DNA of 64,000 nt from Longimicrobiales bacterium (GCA_965197725.1 CBDANQ010000061.1:96001-160000); one strand, 5' to 3'; counted from the stretch's first letter, positions 40,806-53,152 are shown. Program-made: numbers and translations. Notes: generated by a model from the sequence alone, not told the origin.

Positions 40806-42637
40806 TCGACCGTGACGGACTTGGCGAGGTTCCTTGGTTGATCGACGTCCGCGCCCCGTAGGATCGCGGTGTGATAGGCAAGCAACTGTAGCGGGACAGC
40901 GGTGAGCACTGGCAGAAGCGCGGGGATCGTCTGCGGCACCCTGATGACGTGATCGACCTTGTCCCGCAGCTCAGGGGCGTCGTCGCTCACCACCGCGATG
41001 AGGCGGGCATGGCGCGCTTTCACTTCTTCGACGTTAGAGACCACCTTCTGGTACACGGGGTCCCGGGGCGCGAGCACCACTACCGGCATGTCGTCGTCAA
41101 TGAGCGCGATCGGTCCGTGCTTCATCTCGGCCGCGGGATAACCCTCCGCGTGGATGTAGCTCACTTCCTTGAGCTTGAGCGCACCCTCGAGCGCTACCGG
41201 GAACTGATAGCCGCGTCCGAGATAGAGGAAGTTGCGGGCGTCGCCATACGCTTCGGCCAAGGCCTTGATCTCGTCGTCGAGCTCGAGCACCTGCTCTACC
41301 TGCTCGGGCAACATGCGCAGCGCGTTTACGAACTCCCGCCCCTGCGGTACAGATAGGTGGCGGCGGCGCCCAAGGTAGAGCGTGAACATCGCGAGAGCGA
41401 CCATCTGGCTAGTAAATGCCTTGGTCGACGCCACACCGATCTCGGGACCCGCGTGAAGATAGATGCCGAAATCGGTGTATCGCGCGATCGTCGAGCCGAC
41501 GGTGTTGACGATCCCCATCGTCGAAAGCCCGCGCTGCTTCGCCTCACGCAGCGCTGCCATTGTATCCGCAGTTTCCCCGGACTGGCTGATAGCGAGCGCG
41601 AGCGTTCCCTCCTCTAGAACCGGATTCCGGTATCGAAACTCAGAGGCGTACTCCACGTCGACTGGAATGCGCGCGTGTTCCTCGAGCATGTATTCGCCCA
41701 CGAGGCCCGCATGCCAACTGGTGCCGCAAGCGGTGGTCACGATGCGCCGAATGCGGCCGAGGTCGAATTGGTGGTTCTCGATGCCGCCGAGTCTTACGTC
41801 ACCCTCTTCCTCCAACAGACGGCCGCGCATGACGTCCCGCAGGGAGGACGGCTGCTCGAAGATTTCCTTGAGCATGAAGTGCTCGTACCCGCCCTTCTCG
41901 AGCGCTTCGACGTTCCACGTAACCTCGTACACCGACCGGCTCACCTCCGTCCCTTCGAGCTTGTAGGTGCGATACCCGTCGGGCTGGAGCACGGCGTAGT
42001 CTCCGTCATCGAGGTAGACGACCTCGCGCGTCAACGCAATCACCGCGGCCGCGTCGGAGCCCGCGAGCATTTCGCCGTTCTTGCCCACACCGATCAGCAA
42101 TGGCGAGCCATTGCGAGCTACGACGATCTTGTTCGGGTCTCTGCTCGATACGACGGCGATGCCGTAGGCCCCGTCGATGGCGCGAAGCGCCGCAGCAACG
42201 GCATCCTCCATGGGAATGCCGTCGGTCCAAAGATGATCGATCAGGTGAACGACTACTTCGGTGTCGGTGTCTGATACGAAGGAGTAGCCCGCCTCCAGAA
42301 GCTGTGCCCGAATGCTCTCCGCGTTCGCGATGATCCCGTTATGAACCAGGGCGATTTCGCCATCCGAAGAGGTGTGCGGGTGGGCGTTGGGCTGGGTGGG
42401 AGCCCCGTGCGTGGCCCAGCGGGTGTGCGCGATGCCACAGGTCCCGCGGGGAGACGCCTCTTCGACGGCCTCCGCGAGCGCAGACAGCTTGCCCGGACGC
42501 TTCACGACCTGGACCCCACTTCCATTCAGGAGCGCGACCCCGGCCGAGTCGTATCCGCGGTATTCGAGCCCCTTGAGACCCTGAAGCAGGATCGGGGCGG
42601 CCTCCTTCGGGCCTACGTACCCGACGATTCCGCACAT
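40802..42637 (-). CDS. glmS: Glutamine--fructose-6-phosphate aminotransferase
   Basis: MCGIVG, LEYRGYDSAG, HTRWATHG, SQSGETADT, PRNLAKSVTVE. Confidence 0.98.
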   Translation of the reverse strand: MCGIVGYVGPKEAAPILLQGLKGLEYRGYDSAGVALLNGSGVQVVKRPGKLSALAEAVEEASPRGTCGIAHTRWATHGAPTQPNAHPHTSSDGEIALVHNGIIANAESIRAQLLEAGYSFVSDTDTEVVVHLIDHLWTDGIPMEDAVAAALRAIDGAYGIAVVSSRDPNKIVVARNGSPLLIGVGKNGEMLAGSDAAAVIALTREVVYLDDGDYAVLQPDGYRTYKLEGTEVSRSVYEVTWNVEALEKGGYEHFMLKEIFEQPSSLRDVMRGRLLEEEGDVRLGGIENHQFDLGRIRRIVTTACGTSWHAGLVGEYMLEEHARIPVDVEYASEFRYRNPVLEEGTLALAISQSGETADTMAALREAKQRGLSTMGIVNTVGSTIARYTDFGIYLHAGPEIGVASTKAFTSQMVALAMFTLYLGRRRHLSVPQGREFVNALRMLPEQVEQVLELDDEIKALAEAYGDARNFLYLGRGYQFPVALEGALKLKEVSYIHAEGYPAAEMKHGPIALIDDDMPVVVLAPRDPVYQKVVSNVEEVKARHARLIAVVSDDAPELRDKVDHVIRVPQTIPALLPVLTAVPLQLLAYHTAILRGADVDQPRNLAKSVTVE

Positions 42638-42674
42638 GCCGTCACTCTCCTATCGATGATCCCACGAACCACCC

Positions 42675-44062
42675 TCACGCGACTCCGTCCAACAGCTTCG
42701 CCGCCCTGTCGACCATGGCGCGCGCTCCCTCCTCTTCACGCGCCTCGGCGATCAGGCGCACAACCGGCTCGGTGCCCGAGGGCCTCACGTGCAACCAGGC
42801 ACCCCTCGCCGGCCATGCGAGGTGTAGACCGTCCGTCCGATCGACTGTCTCCGCACCGAGATCCTCCTCCAGCACGGCGAACGCCAGCTCGAGAGCCTCT
42901 CGTGGGAAGGATACCTTCACTTTCACGATCGTATAGCTCGGCCACCGTGCCGCAGCCGCCGAGGCACTAACCCCTTCATCCACAATGTGTTGCAAGATGA
43001 GGGCTGCCGCGAGAGGCGCGTCGCGAGTGTGGTGCAGCGCAGGCAGGATCACTCCGCCATTCCCCTCGCCCCCCACCACGGCGTTCGCTTCCTGCATGCG
43101 GCGTGCCACGTTCACTTCTCCTACTGGCGCTCGTGTCAATCGAAACGTCGTACGCGCGGGGCCACATCCTCCACGACCTGACTGGTCGACAGGTTGGTTA
43201 CGACAGGTCCGGGTGTTCGTCTCAGCACCGTCGCGACGGCGAGCGCCAGGGTGAGGTCCTCGCCCATCGCGCTCCCCGTCTCGTCCGCCAGCGCAAGCCG
43301 GTCCACATCCGGGTCGACGGCGAGCCCGATCTCGGCGCCTGAATCGCGTACCAGCGCTCCAAGATCGCCGAGGTTGGCCGCGGTAGGCTCCGGGTCGCGC
43401 GGAAAGAGCCCGTCCGGATTCATTCCGATGCCCTCGACCGAACAGCCCAGCGCCTCCAGCAGATCGGTCATTGCGGGGCCACCGGCGCCGTGCACACAAT
43501 CGATGGCGACTCTGATCTGGCGCGCACGGAGCGCGGGCACGTCGACGTGCGGTAGCGCCAATATCGCCTCGAGATGCCGGGGCCAGGCCGCCGCGTCTTC
43601 CCTAACGGAGGGAATCGCGTCCCATGCGACCCTCTCCGGATCCTCCTCACGGAGGGAGGTGCGGAACCGCGCCGAGAGATCCACGTCGAGGAAGACACCC
43701 TCTCCTGACACCAGCTTTAGAGCGTTCCACTCGGCCGGGTTGTGACTCGCCGTAACGCCGATACCGCCGATCGCGTCGCTTCTCCCGACGGCCAACAGGA
43801 GCGTCGGCGTCGGGGCCAAGCCCAGGTCGATCACCGGTACGCCCACCGACTGCAGCCCCGCGACGACGGCGCGCACAAACATCGGTCCCGAGGTGCGCGA
43901 ATCCCTGCCAACGTAAACCGGACCCTCCCCGCTCTCCCGCCGCACGAACGCCCCGAAGGCCGCGGCGAGACCGGCGATCAACTCCGGGGTGAGCGGCGTC
44001 CCGACTCGTCCGCGCACGCCGGAGACGCTCACCATGAGATCCTGCGGAAGTTGTATCGGCAC
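42675..44062 (-). CDS. glmM: Phosphoglucosamine mutase, frameshifted near 43140-43163 (probable sequencing error)
   Basis: TASHNP and DPDVDR in one frame; PVGE, GGEGNGG and RPSGTEP in another; upstream of glmS. Confidence 0.88.
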
Positions 44063-44211
44063 GGAAGCCCCTAGCCTGGCAGTAGTGCGTCTTCGCGCCC
44101 GAGGCGCGGTCGGCGGAAGTTCACCCGGCCGGCGTCAACCCGTCAACGCAAAGGCCGGGCTGCTACATTGGGCGATTCTATTCACCCTACAGACAACCAA
44201 GGACCGACTCC

Positions 44212-45378
44212 ATGAGCAAAGGGTCTCTCGGCGGCCTGCGTTTCGGCACGCTCGCGGTGCACGCGGGCGTGAATCCCGAGCCGACAACGGGGGCGATCAT
44301 GACCCCTATTTTCCAGACGTCTACCTATGTCCAGCCCGCGGTCGGCCAACCCATGCAGGGGAGCTACGACTACGGTCGGACCGCAAACCCGACCAGGGAA
44401 GCGCTCGAGGCGAACATCGCGGCGCTAGAAAATGGCTTGCGTGGGATCGCGTTTTCGTCGGGACTCGCCGCGATCGAGGCGATTGTGAAGAGGCTCTCGG
44501 CCGGCGATCACGTCGTGAGTGAGGAAAACATGTACGGCGGCACGACCCGCATGTTCAATCATGTGCTCAGCCGCTTCGGCATCGAATTCAGTTTCGTCGA
44601 TACGCGCGACCCCGGCGCGATCGCCGAGGCGCTAAAGCCGAATACGAAGCTTGTGCACGTAGAGACGCCGACGAACCCGATGATGCGGCTGTGCGACCTG
44701 AGGGAAGCAGCCGATCTCGCGCACGACGCCGGGGCCTTGCTCTCCGTCGACAACACTTTCGCTTCCCCATACAACCAGCGACCGCTCGAGTTCGGCGCCG
44801 ATTTCGTGGTGCACTCTTCGACCAAATACATCAATGGCCACTCGGACGTGATCGGTGGCCTAGTCGCGGTCAGGGACGAAGAGCTAGCCGAGGAGCTGCT
44901 CTTCATCCGGAAGTCGTCGGGTGGGGTACCGGGCCCCATGGACTGCTGGCTCACTCTGCGCGGCATCAAGACGCTGCACCTGCGTATGCGCCAGCACAAC
45001 GAGAACGGCCTGACGGTGGCCCGATACCTCGAGGACCACCCGGCCGTGGATCGCGTGCTCTATCCCGGGCTGAAATCCCACCCGCAGCACGAACTGGCGG
45101 CCCGCCAGATGGTCGGGTTCACCGGCATGGTGTCGGTCGACGTCGGCACGCTCGGGCGGGCCAAGGCCTTGTCCGAGCATCTACGCGTCTTCGCGCTTGC
45201 GGAAAGCCTGGGCGGGGTTGAATCTCTCATCAGTGTACCCGCGCTCATGACCCACGCTTCGGTCCCCCAAGAACGTCGCGAGGCGTTGGGGATAACAGCG
45301 GGGCTCGTTCGCTTGTCCCTCGGAATTGAGGACGAAGCCGATCTACTGGAGGATCTCGAACGGGTCCTAGAAGGCTGA
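44212..45378 (+). CDS. Cystathionine gamma-synthase/lyase (Cys/Met PLP enzyme)
   Basis: PIFQTSTY, ETPTNP, DNTFASP, HSSTKYINGHSD, AESLGGVESL. Confidence 0.92.
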   Translation: MSKGSLGGLRFGTLAVHAGVNPEPTTGAIMTPIFQTSTYVQPAVGQPMQGSYDYGRTANPTREALEANIAALENGLRGIAFSSGLAAIEAIVKRLSAGDHVVSEENMYGGTTRMFNHVLSRFGIEFSFVDTRDPGAIAEALKPNTKLVHVETPTNPMMRLCDLREAADLAHDAGALLSVDNTFASPYNQRPLEFGADFVVHSSTKYINGHSDVIGGLVAVRDEELAEELLFIRKSSGGVPGPMDCWLTLRGIKTLHLRMRQHNENGLTVARYLEDHPAVDRVLYPGLKSHPQHELAARQMVGFTGMVSVDVGTLGRAKALSEHLRVFALAESLGGVESLISVPALMTHASVPQERREALGITAGLVRLSLGIEDEADLLEDLERVLEG

Positions 45379-45475
45379 AACCGGAACTCCAGGGCCCCCG
45401 TAAGGGGCTGCGAGCGTCGGCCAACTTCTCGCCGAACGCGCGAGGGGCGACTAACGCAAATGAGGATGTAGAGAC

Positions 45476-46504
45476 ATGGCGGACGATGCGGATGACACCG
45501 TAGACCAGACGGGCGACGATGGGGCCCAAGCGGGTGGCGATGGGGCGAAGGCGCGCCGCATCCTGACCGATATCGCGCCGCACTCCTGGGAGCACCCGGC
45601 CGACAAGGCCGCACTCCAGGCGCTTCGGCGGATTCCGGTATTCGACGAGGTACTCAGAAAGATCTTCGGCTTCATGACCGAACGCGCGTTCCGTCTGGCG
45701 TTCCAGGCGAGCTCGGTGAAGGTCAGCGAGAACCAGTTCCCGAAGGTCTATTCGATCTACAAGGAGTGCCTCAAGACGCTCGACGTAGAGGAGGAATATC
45801 CGCTCTTCATCTCACAGACGCCGATCGTCAACGCGGGTGCTTGGGGGATGGAGCAGCCCTTCATCATCCTGAACTCTGGCACCGTACGGCTCCTCGACGA
45901 CGACCAGCTGGCCTATGTGATCGGTCACGAGATCGGTCACATCATGAGCGATCACGTTCTCTACAAGTCGATGACGGTGATCCTGCTCAACCTGGCGACG
46001 ATGGGTTTCCCGATCGTCGGCTTAGCTGCGCGCGCGATCTTGGTCGCTCTGCTCGAGTGGCAGCGCAAGTCCGAGCTCTCGTCCGACCGGGCCGGACTGC
46101 TCACGGTCCAGGACCCGGAGGTCGTGCTCGGCACGATGCTCAAGATGGCGGGTGGTGGAGAAGATCATGAGTCGAGCCTTCAGGAGTACATCATTCAGGC
46201 GGAGGAGTACCGTGAGGGCGGCGATGTGGTCGACCAGGTCTTCAAGGTGCTCAACCTCCTGGCTCAGACGCACCCCTTCTATACGATCCGGGTGAGCGAG
46301 CTGCGGACCTGGATCGAGACCGGCGACTACGACCGTATCGTACGCGGTGAGTACGCCCGCCGCGGCGAGCCCGATCCCGTCTACAAGGACGACCTCAAGG
46401 CAGCCGCCTCGTCGTACGCCGACGACGCGAAGGACTTCGTCGACAACATAGCGGACGCCGCGAAGCGCATGGGCTCCGACTTCATGAGCGGCTTCAAAAA
46501 GTAG
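45476..46504 (+). CDS. M48-family metallopeptidase
   Basis: VNAGA, GHEIGH, ELSSDRAG, THP. Confidence 0.88.
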   Translation: MADDADDTVDQTGDDGAQAGGDGAKARRILTDIAPHSWEHPADKAALQALRRIPVFDEVLRKIFGFMTERAFRLAFQASSVKVSENQFPKVYSIYKECLKTLDVEEEYPLFISQTPIVNAGAWGMEQPFIILNSGTVRLLDDDQLAYVIGHEIGHIMSDHVLYKSMTVILLNLATMGFPIVGLAARAILVALLEWQRKSELSSDRAGLLTVQDPEVVLGTMLKMAGGGEDHESSLQEYIIQAEEYREGGDVVDQVFKVLNLLAQTHPFYTIRVSELRTWIETGDYDRIVRGEYARRGEPDPVYKDDLKAAASSYADDAKDFVDNIADAAKRMGSDFMSGFKK

Positions 46505-46522
46505 AGGCCCACGGCCAGAACC

Positions 46523-46561
46523 AGGGGTGACCGGGCTGCCGCCCGGTCACCCCTTTTTTTT
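46523..46561 (+). terminator. Rho-independent terminator
   Basis: 13-bp stem GGGGTGACCGGGC/GCCCGGTCACCCC, 4-nt loop, T8. Confidence 0.9.
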
Positions 46562-46588
46562 CCCGGGTACCTGCGTAGACTCCGGCAC

Positions 46589-47873
46589 ATGCGAATCCTG
46601 ATCGCAGGCAACGGTGGGCGCGAGCACGCCCTTCTGTGGAAGCTTCGCCGAGACGCTCCCGACGCGGAATTCTTCGCTACCGAACCGAACGGCGGGATGG
46701 CGCCGCTTTGCACCGCGGTCCAGATCGCGGCCGGAGACGTCGAGGCGCTCTCCGGGTGGGCGGCGTCCCATCGCATCGACCTCACCGTCGTCGGTCCCGA
46801 GGGGCCGCTGGCGGCGGGGATCGTGGACCGCTTCGAGAAGAAGGGGCTTTCGATCTTCGGGCCGAGCAAGGACGCCGCGCGCATAGAGTCGAGCAAGGTG
46901 TTCTCGAAGGATCTGATGCGCACGGCCGGGCGTACCAACCGCGGACTACCGCACCTTCACCAACCTGGCAGGCGCCGAGCAGTGGGTGCGGGAACGCGGA
47001 GCTCCGATCGTGGTGAAGGCATCGGGTCTGGCGGCGGGCAAGGGAGCCGTCGTGTGCACGACCGAGCACGAGGCATTCGAGGCGTTACGAGCGATGCTCG
47101 GTGATCTCAGCTTCGGCGAGGCAGGGCGCGAAGTCGTTGTCGAGGAGTTCATGGACGGCGAGGAGATCTCGGTCTTCGCGATCACGGACGGGACGAATGT
47201 GATGGTTCTACAGCCGTCCCAGGACCACAAACGAGTGGGTGAAGGGGACACGGGTCCGAACACCGGAGGCATGGGCGCGTATGCTCCGGTATCGATCGCG
47301 ACCGACGCGGTGGTCGCGGAGGCTCGCCAAGACGTCATCGAACCGACCCTGCGGGCGCTGGTGGCGAACGGCTGTCCGTTCCGCGGAGTCCTCTACGTAG
47401 GACTCATGAAGACGAGTGCCGGCCTGAAAGTCGTCGAATTCAACTGCCGCTTCGGCGACCCGGAGACCCAGGTGGTACTGCCGATGATGCCTGGCTCGCT
47501 GCTCGACCTGCTGCGGACGGTGGCCGAGGGAGGAACGCTGACCTCCGGCACCGCGGAGGCGCTGGACGGCGCCGCGGTCTCGACCGTAGTCGCGTCCCGG
47601 GGGTACCCCGGCCCGTACGAAAAGGGGAAAACGATTTCGATTCCGAGCGACCTCGAGTCGGACGATTGTATCGTCTTCCATGCCGGCACGAGAAGTGAGG
47701 GGGGACGGCTGGTCACGGCCGGTGGACGGGTGCTCGCAGTCACGGCGTTGGCGCCGACCTTGGCGGGAGCCGTGGACGCCAGCCGGTCTGCCGCCGATCG
47801 AATCGTATTCGAGGGCGCCTTCAGTCGTAGTGACGTCGGTTGGAGGGAACGCCTACGTCAGGAGAGGTCATGA
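46589..47873 (+). CDS. purD: Phosphoribosylamine--glycine ligase, +1 frameshift near 46930 (probable sequencing error)
   Basis: GNGGREHAL, VVGPE, GLAAGKG, QDHKR, GPNTGGMG, EFNCRFGDPE. Confidence 0.92.
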
Positions 47874-47906
47874 ACGTCACAACCACGCACTTCTGAGTGA
47901 ACCCCG

Positions 47907-48745
47907 ATGCCTGAGCTTCCCGAAGCGGAGACGATCGTTCGCGGCTTGCGAACGGCGGTTCTCGGAGAACGCATCCGTCGCGTGGAAGTGATGCACGACG
48001 ATATTCTCAGGCAACCGAAGACCGAGTTCGTTCGAGGCGTGAGGGGACGCCGCATCGACGGCATCGGCAGACGTGGCAAGAACGTTCTGATCCGACTCGA
48101 AGGGGACCGCGTCATCGCCGTGAATCTCGGCATGACCGGTCGTCTGCTCCGCTTCCCGGCTCTCCCCAGACGCGAGCGTCGACCCAGCCATCCAGCGGTG
48201 AGGTTCCGATTCGAGAGCGGAGCGCTCCTGGTTTTTCGACGACACACGTCGCTTCGGCACCGTCGAGGCGTTCACCGACGACGAGTGGCAGACCCGCTCT
48301 GCGCGTATGGGCCCCGAGCCGCTCGATGCGGACTACCGGGCCCGAGACCTCTTCCGGGCGCTGCAGCGCTCGCGCGCGCCGGCTCGTTCATGGCTGCTCG
48401 ATCAGGAGAAGATTGGCCGGCGTGGGGAACATCTACGCGAACGAGGCGCTCTACCTCGCTGGTGTGCATCCTCAGCGCGAGGCCCGCCGCATACGCCGGC
48501 GAGAAGCCGTGGGGCTCCATCGCGCGATCCGGCGCGTGCTGCGGGACGCGATTCGAGCGGGGGGAACGACGATTCGTGACTACCGGAATGCGGCAGGAGG
48601 GCGAGGTGAGTACGTCCGCCGTCTCTGCGTGTATGGCCGGGACGGCGAACCATGCCTGAAGTGTCGCTCGGACATCTGCCGGATCGTGTTCGCCAACCGC
48701 TCGGCATTCTATTGCCCCACGTGCCAGCCGGTACCGGCCCCGTGA
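47907..48745 (+). CDS. mutM: Formamidopyrimidine-DNA glycosylase, two +1 frameshifts (~48235, ~48415)
   Basis: MPELPEAE, RRGK, LGMTG, AGVGNIYANE, GGTTIRD, C-terminal zinc finger CLKC...CPTCQ. Confidence 0.92.
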
Positions 48746-50264
48746 GGGAACGGCCATGTCCGCGCCTGGGTCGCTCGATCCTGCCGGGCGCAGTCGTCGC
48801 GTGCCTCCTCTCGTTGCTCGCCCCCACCTTCGCGAGCGCGCAGCTTTCTCCGGGCGAGCGACTCCCGGTACGGACGCTCACGCTCGACAACGGAATGCGG
48901 CTCGTGATTCTGCCGCGCCCGGGTGCCCCGACCGTATCCTTCGTAGTGCAGTACGGGGTGGGAGGCGTGAACGAGCGGCTCGGTACTACCGGCATAGCGC
49001 ACTTGCTCGAGCACATGCTCTTCAAGGGCACCACGACCGTCGGAACCAGGAACGTCGACGCCGAGCTCGCGCTCTTCCCGCTCATGGACGCAGCTCACGA
49101 CACACTCGTACGCGCCCGCACGTCAGGCGACTCCGCGACCGTCCGTCGCCTAGACGACCTGATCGGCGAACTGGAAGACAGCGCCCGCGTCTTCGTCGAG
49201 GCCAACGAGTTCGACCGTTTTCTCACCCCGCGCGGGCGCCCAGGGACTCAACGCCACCACCACCAACGGGTCCACCATCTACTTCGTGGAGCTGCCCTCG
49301 AATCGGACCGAACTGTGGTTCGCGCTCGAGGCCGACCGCCTGTTGAACCCGATCTTCCGCGAGTACTACTCGGAGCGCGACGTGGTCACGGAGGAACGAC
49401 GCATGCGCATCGAGACCAGCCCAGGTGGAGTGCTTTACGAAGCACACCTCGCGGCGGCGTTCACGATGCACCCCTACGGCGTTCCGGTCGTGGGGTATAT
49501 GGCGGACCTGGAGGTATTGAGTCGATCCGACATCGAGACGTACTATCGGCGCTTTTATGGCCCGAACAACGCGGTCGTAGCGATCGTGGGCGACATCGAT
49601 CCGGATCGGGTCGAGCGCTGGGCTCGGGACTACCTCGGCCCCCATTCCGAGCGGGGAGACACCGCCTCCGGTCACCGCCGTCGAACCGAAGCAACTCGGT
49701 GAGCGGCGGGTGGTGGTCGAGTGGGACGCGGAACCCGCGCTGCGGATCGGCTGGCACGTGCCCGCCGGAGTCCACGACGATGCGCCCGCGCTCGCAATTC
49801 TCACTTCGCTGCTCACGGGCGGGCGCACTTCGCGGCTGCATCGCCGGTTGGTCCTCGAAGACCAGATCGCGGGCGGCATCTTCTCCTCGCTCGGACCGGG
49901 CAGCCGGTATCCTCAGCTGCTCCAGATCGACACGAGCCCGCTCGCCCCGCACACCACCGAGGAGCTGGAGCGTGCGATCTACGAGGAGATCGGGCGACTC
50001 GCGAGCGACGGACCCGAGCAAAACGAGCTCGAGCGCGTGAGAAACCAGATCGCCGCCGGGTCGATACGGCGTATCCAATCGCACCTCGGCCTCGCGTTCC
50101 AGCTGGCAGAATCGGTATCGCTTTTCGGGGACTGGACAGAGACGTTCCGATTTTCCGAACGGCTCCGAGCGGTCACGGCCGACGATGTTCGACGGATGGC
50201 GCGACTGTACCTCACGAAGCAGAACCGTACGGTGGCGACCTTGGTCAAGAAGGAGGGCGCGTGA
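48742..50264 (+). CDS. M16 (pitrilysin) peptidase, catalytic subunit; frameshifts ~49228 and ~49640
   Basis: Signal peptide, LDNGM, AHLLEHMLFKG, VVTEERRMR, HPYG. Confidence 0.85.
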
Positions 50265-51734
50265 GCGCCGGCAGACGGGGCCTTTTGCTCTCGGTGGCGT
50301 TCCTCGCGTGCCAGACGCCGAGGGTCCAGCCGCAGCTGCCCATTGGCCGACGAGCCCTCGATCGTTTGAATTACCCAGCCATCGAGTTTCGTCCCCCGAT
50401 TCCCGATGAGTACGAAGTCGACGGGGTCCCGGTGCTACTGCTCGAAGACCACGCACTGCCCCTCGTCTCGGTGTACGCCCGCTTCAAGGGCGGCTATGGC
50501 CTGTTCGGGCGCGAATACTATGCGGCAGGCACCGCTTTGCCGTCGCAGCTCCGCTACGGTGGAACGCGGGGGCTGACGCCCGACTCGGTCGACAAGGCAC
50601 TCGAGTACTACGCGATCCAGACGTCGTTCGGCGGAGCCGGCGAGGCCGTCTCCGCCACGATGAACACGCTAGTCGAGCACTTGACGGCGGCAATGGAGCT
50701 GTGGCGGACCATGCTGGCCGAGCCCGCGTTCGACTCCACTCAGGTCGAAATCTGGAGGGCCCGGCAGCGAGAGAGGGTACGCCGCCGTGGCGACAACCCC
50801 GGCGGACTGGCATTCTCGGAGTTCAATCGGCTCCTGTACCGTGACCACCCGATCGGGTGGGAGATGGAGGCCGCCGATCTCTCGCCCCAACGTCTCTCCT
50901 CGCAGAGGCTCAGCGAGCTGCACCGACGGGTCGTCTGCCGGGAAAACCTGGTGCTGGGGCTCACCGGAGACGTCAGCTGGCGCGACTTCCGCCCTCTGCT
51001 CGAGGCGTTGGTCAGCGCCATTCCTGCCTGCGAGGGCACACTCCCGCGCCGTCCGCAATCCCCGACATACGGGAAGAACCGGGAGTCTACCTGATCGAGA
51101 AGGACCTCGAGCAGAGCGTGATCGTCATGGCGCATACCACAGACGTGCACCTTGCGGACGACCCATCCTACTACTCGGCAATGATCGGCAACTCGATTCT
51201 CGGTGGAGGTGGCTTTTCCAGCCGCATCCTCTCGCGCGTACGCACCGAACAGGGGTTCGCGTATTCGGCCCTCCTCACTCTGGGACGATGCCGAGGCGCT
51301 ACGACGGGCTGCTCGGCGCGATCACGCGCACGAGCCCCGAGAACACGATTCCCGCGATCGAGTTGATCCTCGAGACGATGGAGGGACTGCGCACGGCTCC
51401 ACCGGAAGCCGAGGAGGTCCGGACCGCGATCGAGCAGATCGTGAACAGCTTCGTGTTCAACTTCGAGACCCCCGGACGCATCGTGTCCCGCACGATGTCC
51501 TACCTGGCTCAGGACCTCCCGCAGGATTGGCTAGAGCGGTATCTGAATGGCGTTCGGCGCGTGACCGCGGACGGCGTTCACGACGCCTTCGCGAGGCACC
51601 TGCGGCCCGCCGAGATGATGATACTCCTCGTGGGTGACCCAGACCGAATCGGTCGAGACGCGATCAGCGAGCTCGGTCCCGTTACGGTACTCGACGTCGG
51701 ACAGCAGCGATCGGCAGAGTCTGGCGGCCCCTAG
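50261..51734 (+). CDS. M16 peptidase, non-catalytic subunit; frameshifts ~51045 and ~51270-51285
   Basis: EDHALPLV, ILGGGGFSSR...VRTEQGFAYS; no HxxEH; stop codon coincides with IS insertion site. Confidence 0.8.
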
Positions 51735-53152
51735 CAGTCCGTGGAAGAAATAGGTTCCCAGCGGATGATGGGTGGGAGAGAAGGCAGACACGCGGGGGCT
51801 GTGTTGTTGTGCAAGAAGCGGGTTTTGGGGTCTGACGAGGCGATATTCGGCCCAAGGAAGGCGAAATAGCGCCGAATACGGCGGAAAAAGCGCGAGACGC
51901 GGGTTGTAACCTGAGTTGCGAGCGCAGCTTGTACGGTAGCGAGGCCCTGTAACGCACGGGGGGTTCCAACCCCGAACCGCTTGCGCATGAGAAGGCCGAG
52001 GTTGAAGGCCGCCGCGTGGATCAACATCCGTTTTCGAATCTCCTCCTGGCCCCGTATGTGGACGCGACGCAGCCCTCCGGTCACAAGCAAGTGCGCAAAC
52101 CCCCGCTCCACCTTCTCGCCGCGCTGGCGCAGCAGCCGCATCCCCCGGTTGCCGCGGATCCGGCGGCGGTTGTCGTAGGTCGGCGTCTGCGCGTCCCGGT
52201 TGTTCTTCCATTTCCGGCGCCCGCGGTTGGGCTCGCTCACATAGCTGCGCAGCTCCCGCTCCTTCACGCCCGTCATGGTCTTGTTCGAGTGGTAGCCTTT
52301 GTCGGCCACCACTTCCTCGGGCTCTACCTGCACTACTTCCAGCTGCCGCTCTGCCTCGTCCAGCGTGTTGGGCAGCGACGCCACATCTCCCCCGTCCATC
52401 GTCTGCACCGTCACCGCCACAAGCGCACCGGTCTCCATGTCGACCGCCTGCTCCAACTTGTGCGCCAGGCGCGTCCTGCCGTCCTTCATCTTCGTGATCC
52501 GCGCCTCCGGGTCGTGCGGATGCACCCAGTCCTTGTTCGAGCCCTTCTTCGGACGCTTCCGGTCCAGCGTCGTCAGATCCTTGCGCGTCGGCGTCTCGAT
52601 CCCCGACGCCCGGGCCACCTGCTCCAGCCATTCATCGTAGCCCAACCCGTCGTCGCGCCGCACGATCGTGCGCATCGCCGCATTCGCCTCCAGCGTCGTC
52701 GAGTCGACGCCCAGCGTCTTGCCGCTCAGCAACCCCGACCCCTTCAGCAGCTCCAGCACCCGCCCGAACACCGCCGCGTGCGCTTCCACGCTCAGGCGCT
52801 TGCGCGTCTTCGACAGGGTCGAATGCTCCGGCGGGTTCTTCGCCCACCCGTATCCCAGAAACTCACGCAACGACAACGAGTCCCCACACCGCCAGGCAAT
52901 GCCCCGCTCCGAGCCGATCCCTTCCAGGTAGCCCACCATCATCATTCGGAAATACACCCCGGGAGCAATCCCCGGCCGACCCCGATTGTCCGCGTAGAAC
53001 TCACGGCATGCCTCTTCCGCGAACTCGTCAAACCCGCTTTTCGCCAGAAGCTCGTTCAAGGCCCGGTAGAACGGGTTGTCCAAGGCCCGAATCTCGCTCG
53101 CCACCACGAACATCTCGCCCTGCCGAGCCTCGGGCCGCTTGCCTACCGCCAT
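51731..53152 (-). CDS. DDE transposase (DUF772 + DDE_Tnp_1-like)
   Basis: GRPGIAP, SERGI, PEHSTLS, VDST, ADKGY, VERGFA. Confidence 0.9.
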   Translation of the reverse strand: MAVGKRPEARQGEMFVVASEIRALDNPFYRALNELLAKSGFDEFAEEACREFYADNRGRPGIAPGVYFRMMMVGYLEGIGSERGIAWRCGDSLSLREFLGYGWAKNPPEHSTLSKTRKRLSVEAHAAVFGRVLELLKGSGLLSGKTLGVDSTTLEANAAMRTIVRRDDGLGYDEWLEQVARASGIETPTRKDLTTLDRKRPKKGSNKDWVHPHDPEARITKMKDGRTRLAHKLEQAVDMETGALVAVTVQTMDGGDVASLPNTLDEAERQLEVVQVEPEEVVADKGYHSNKTMTGVKERELRSYVSEPNRGRRKWKNNRDAQTPTYDNRRRIRGNRGMRLLRQRGEKVERGFAHLLVTGGLRRVHIRGQEEIRKRMLIHAAAFNLGLLMRKRFGVGTPRALQGLATVQAALATQVTTRVSRFFRRIRRYFAFLGPNIASSDPKTRFLHNNTAPACLPSLPPIIRWEPISSTDC

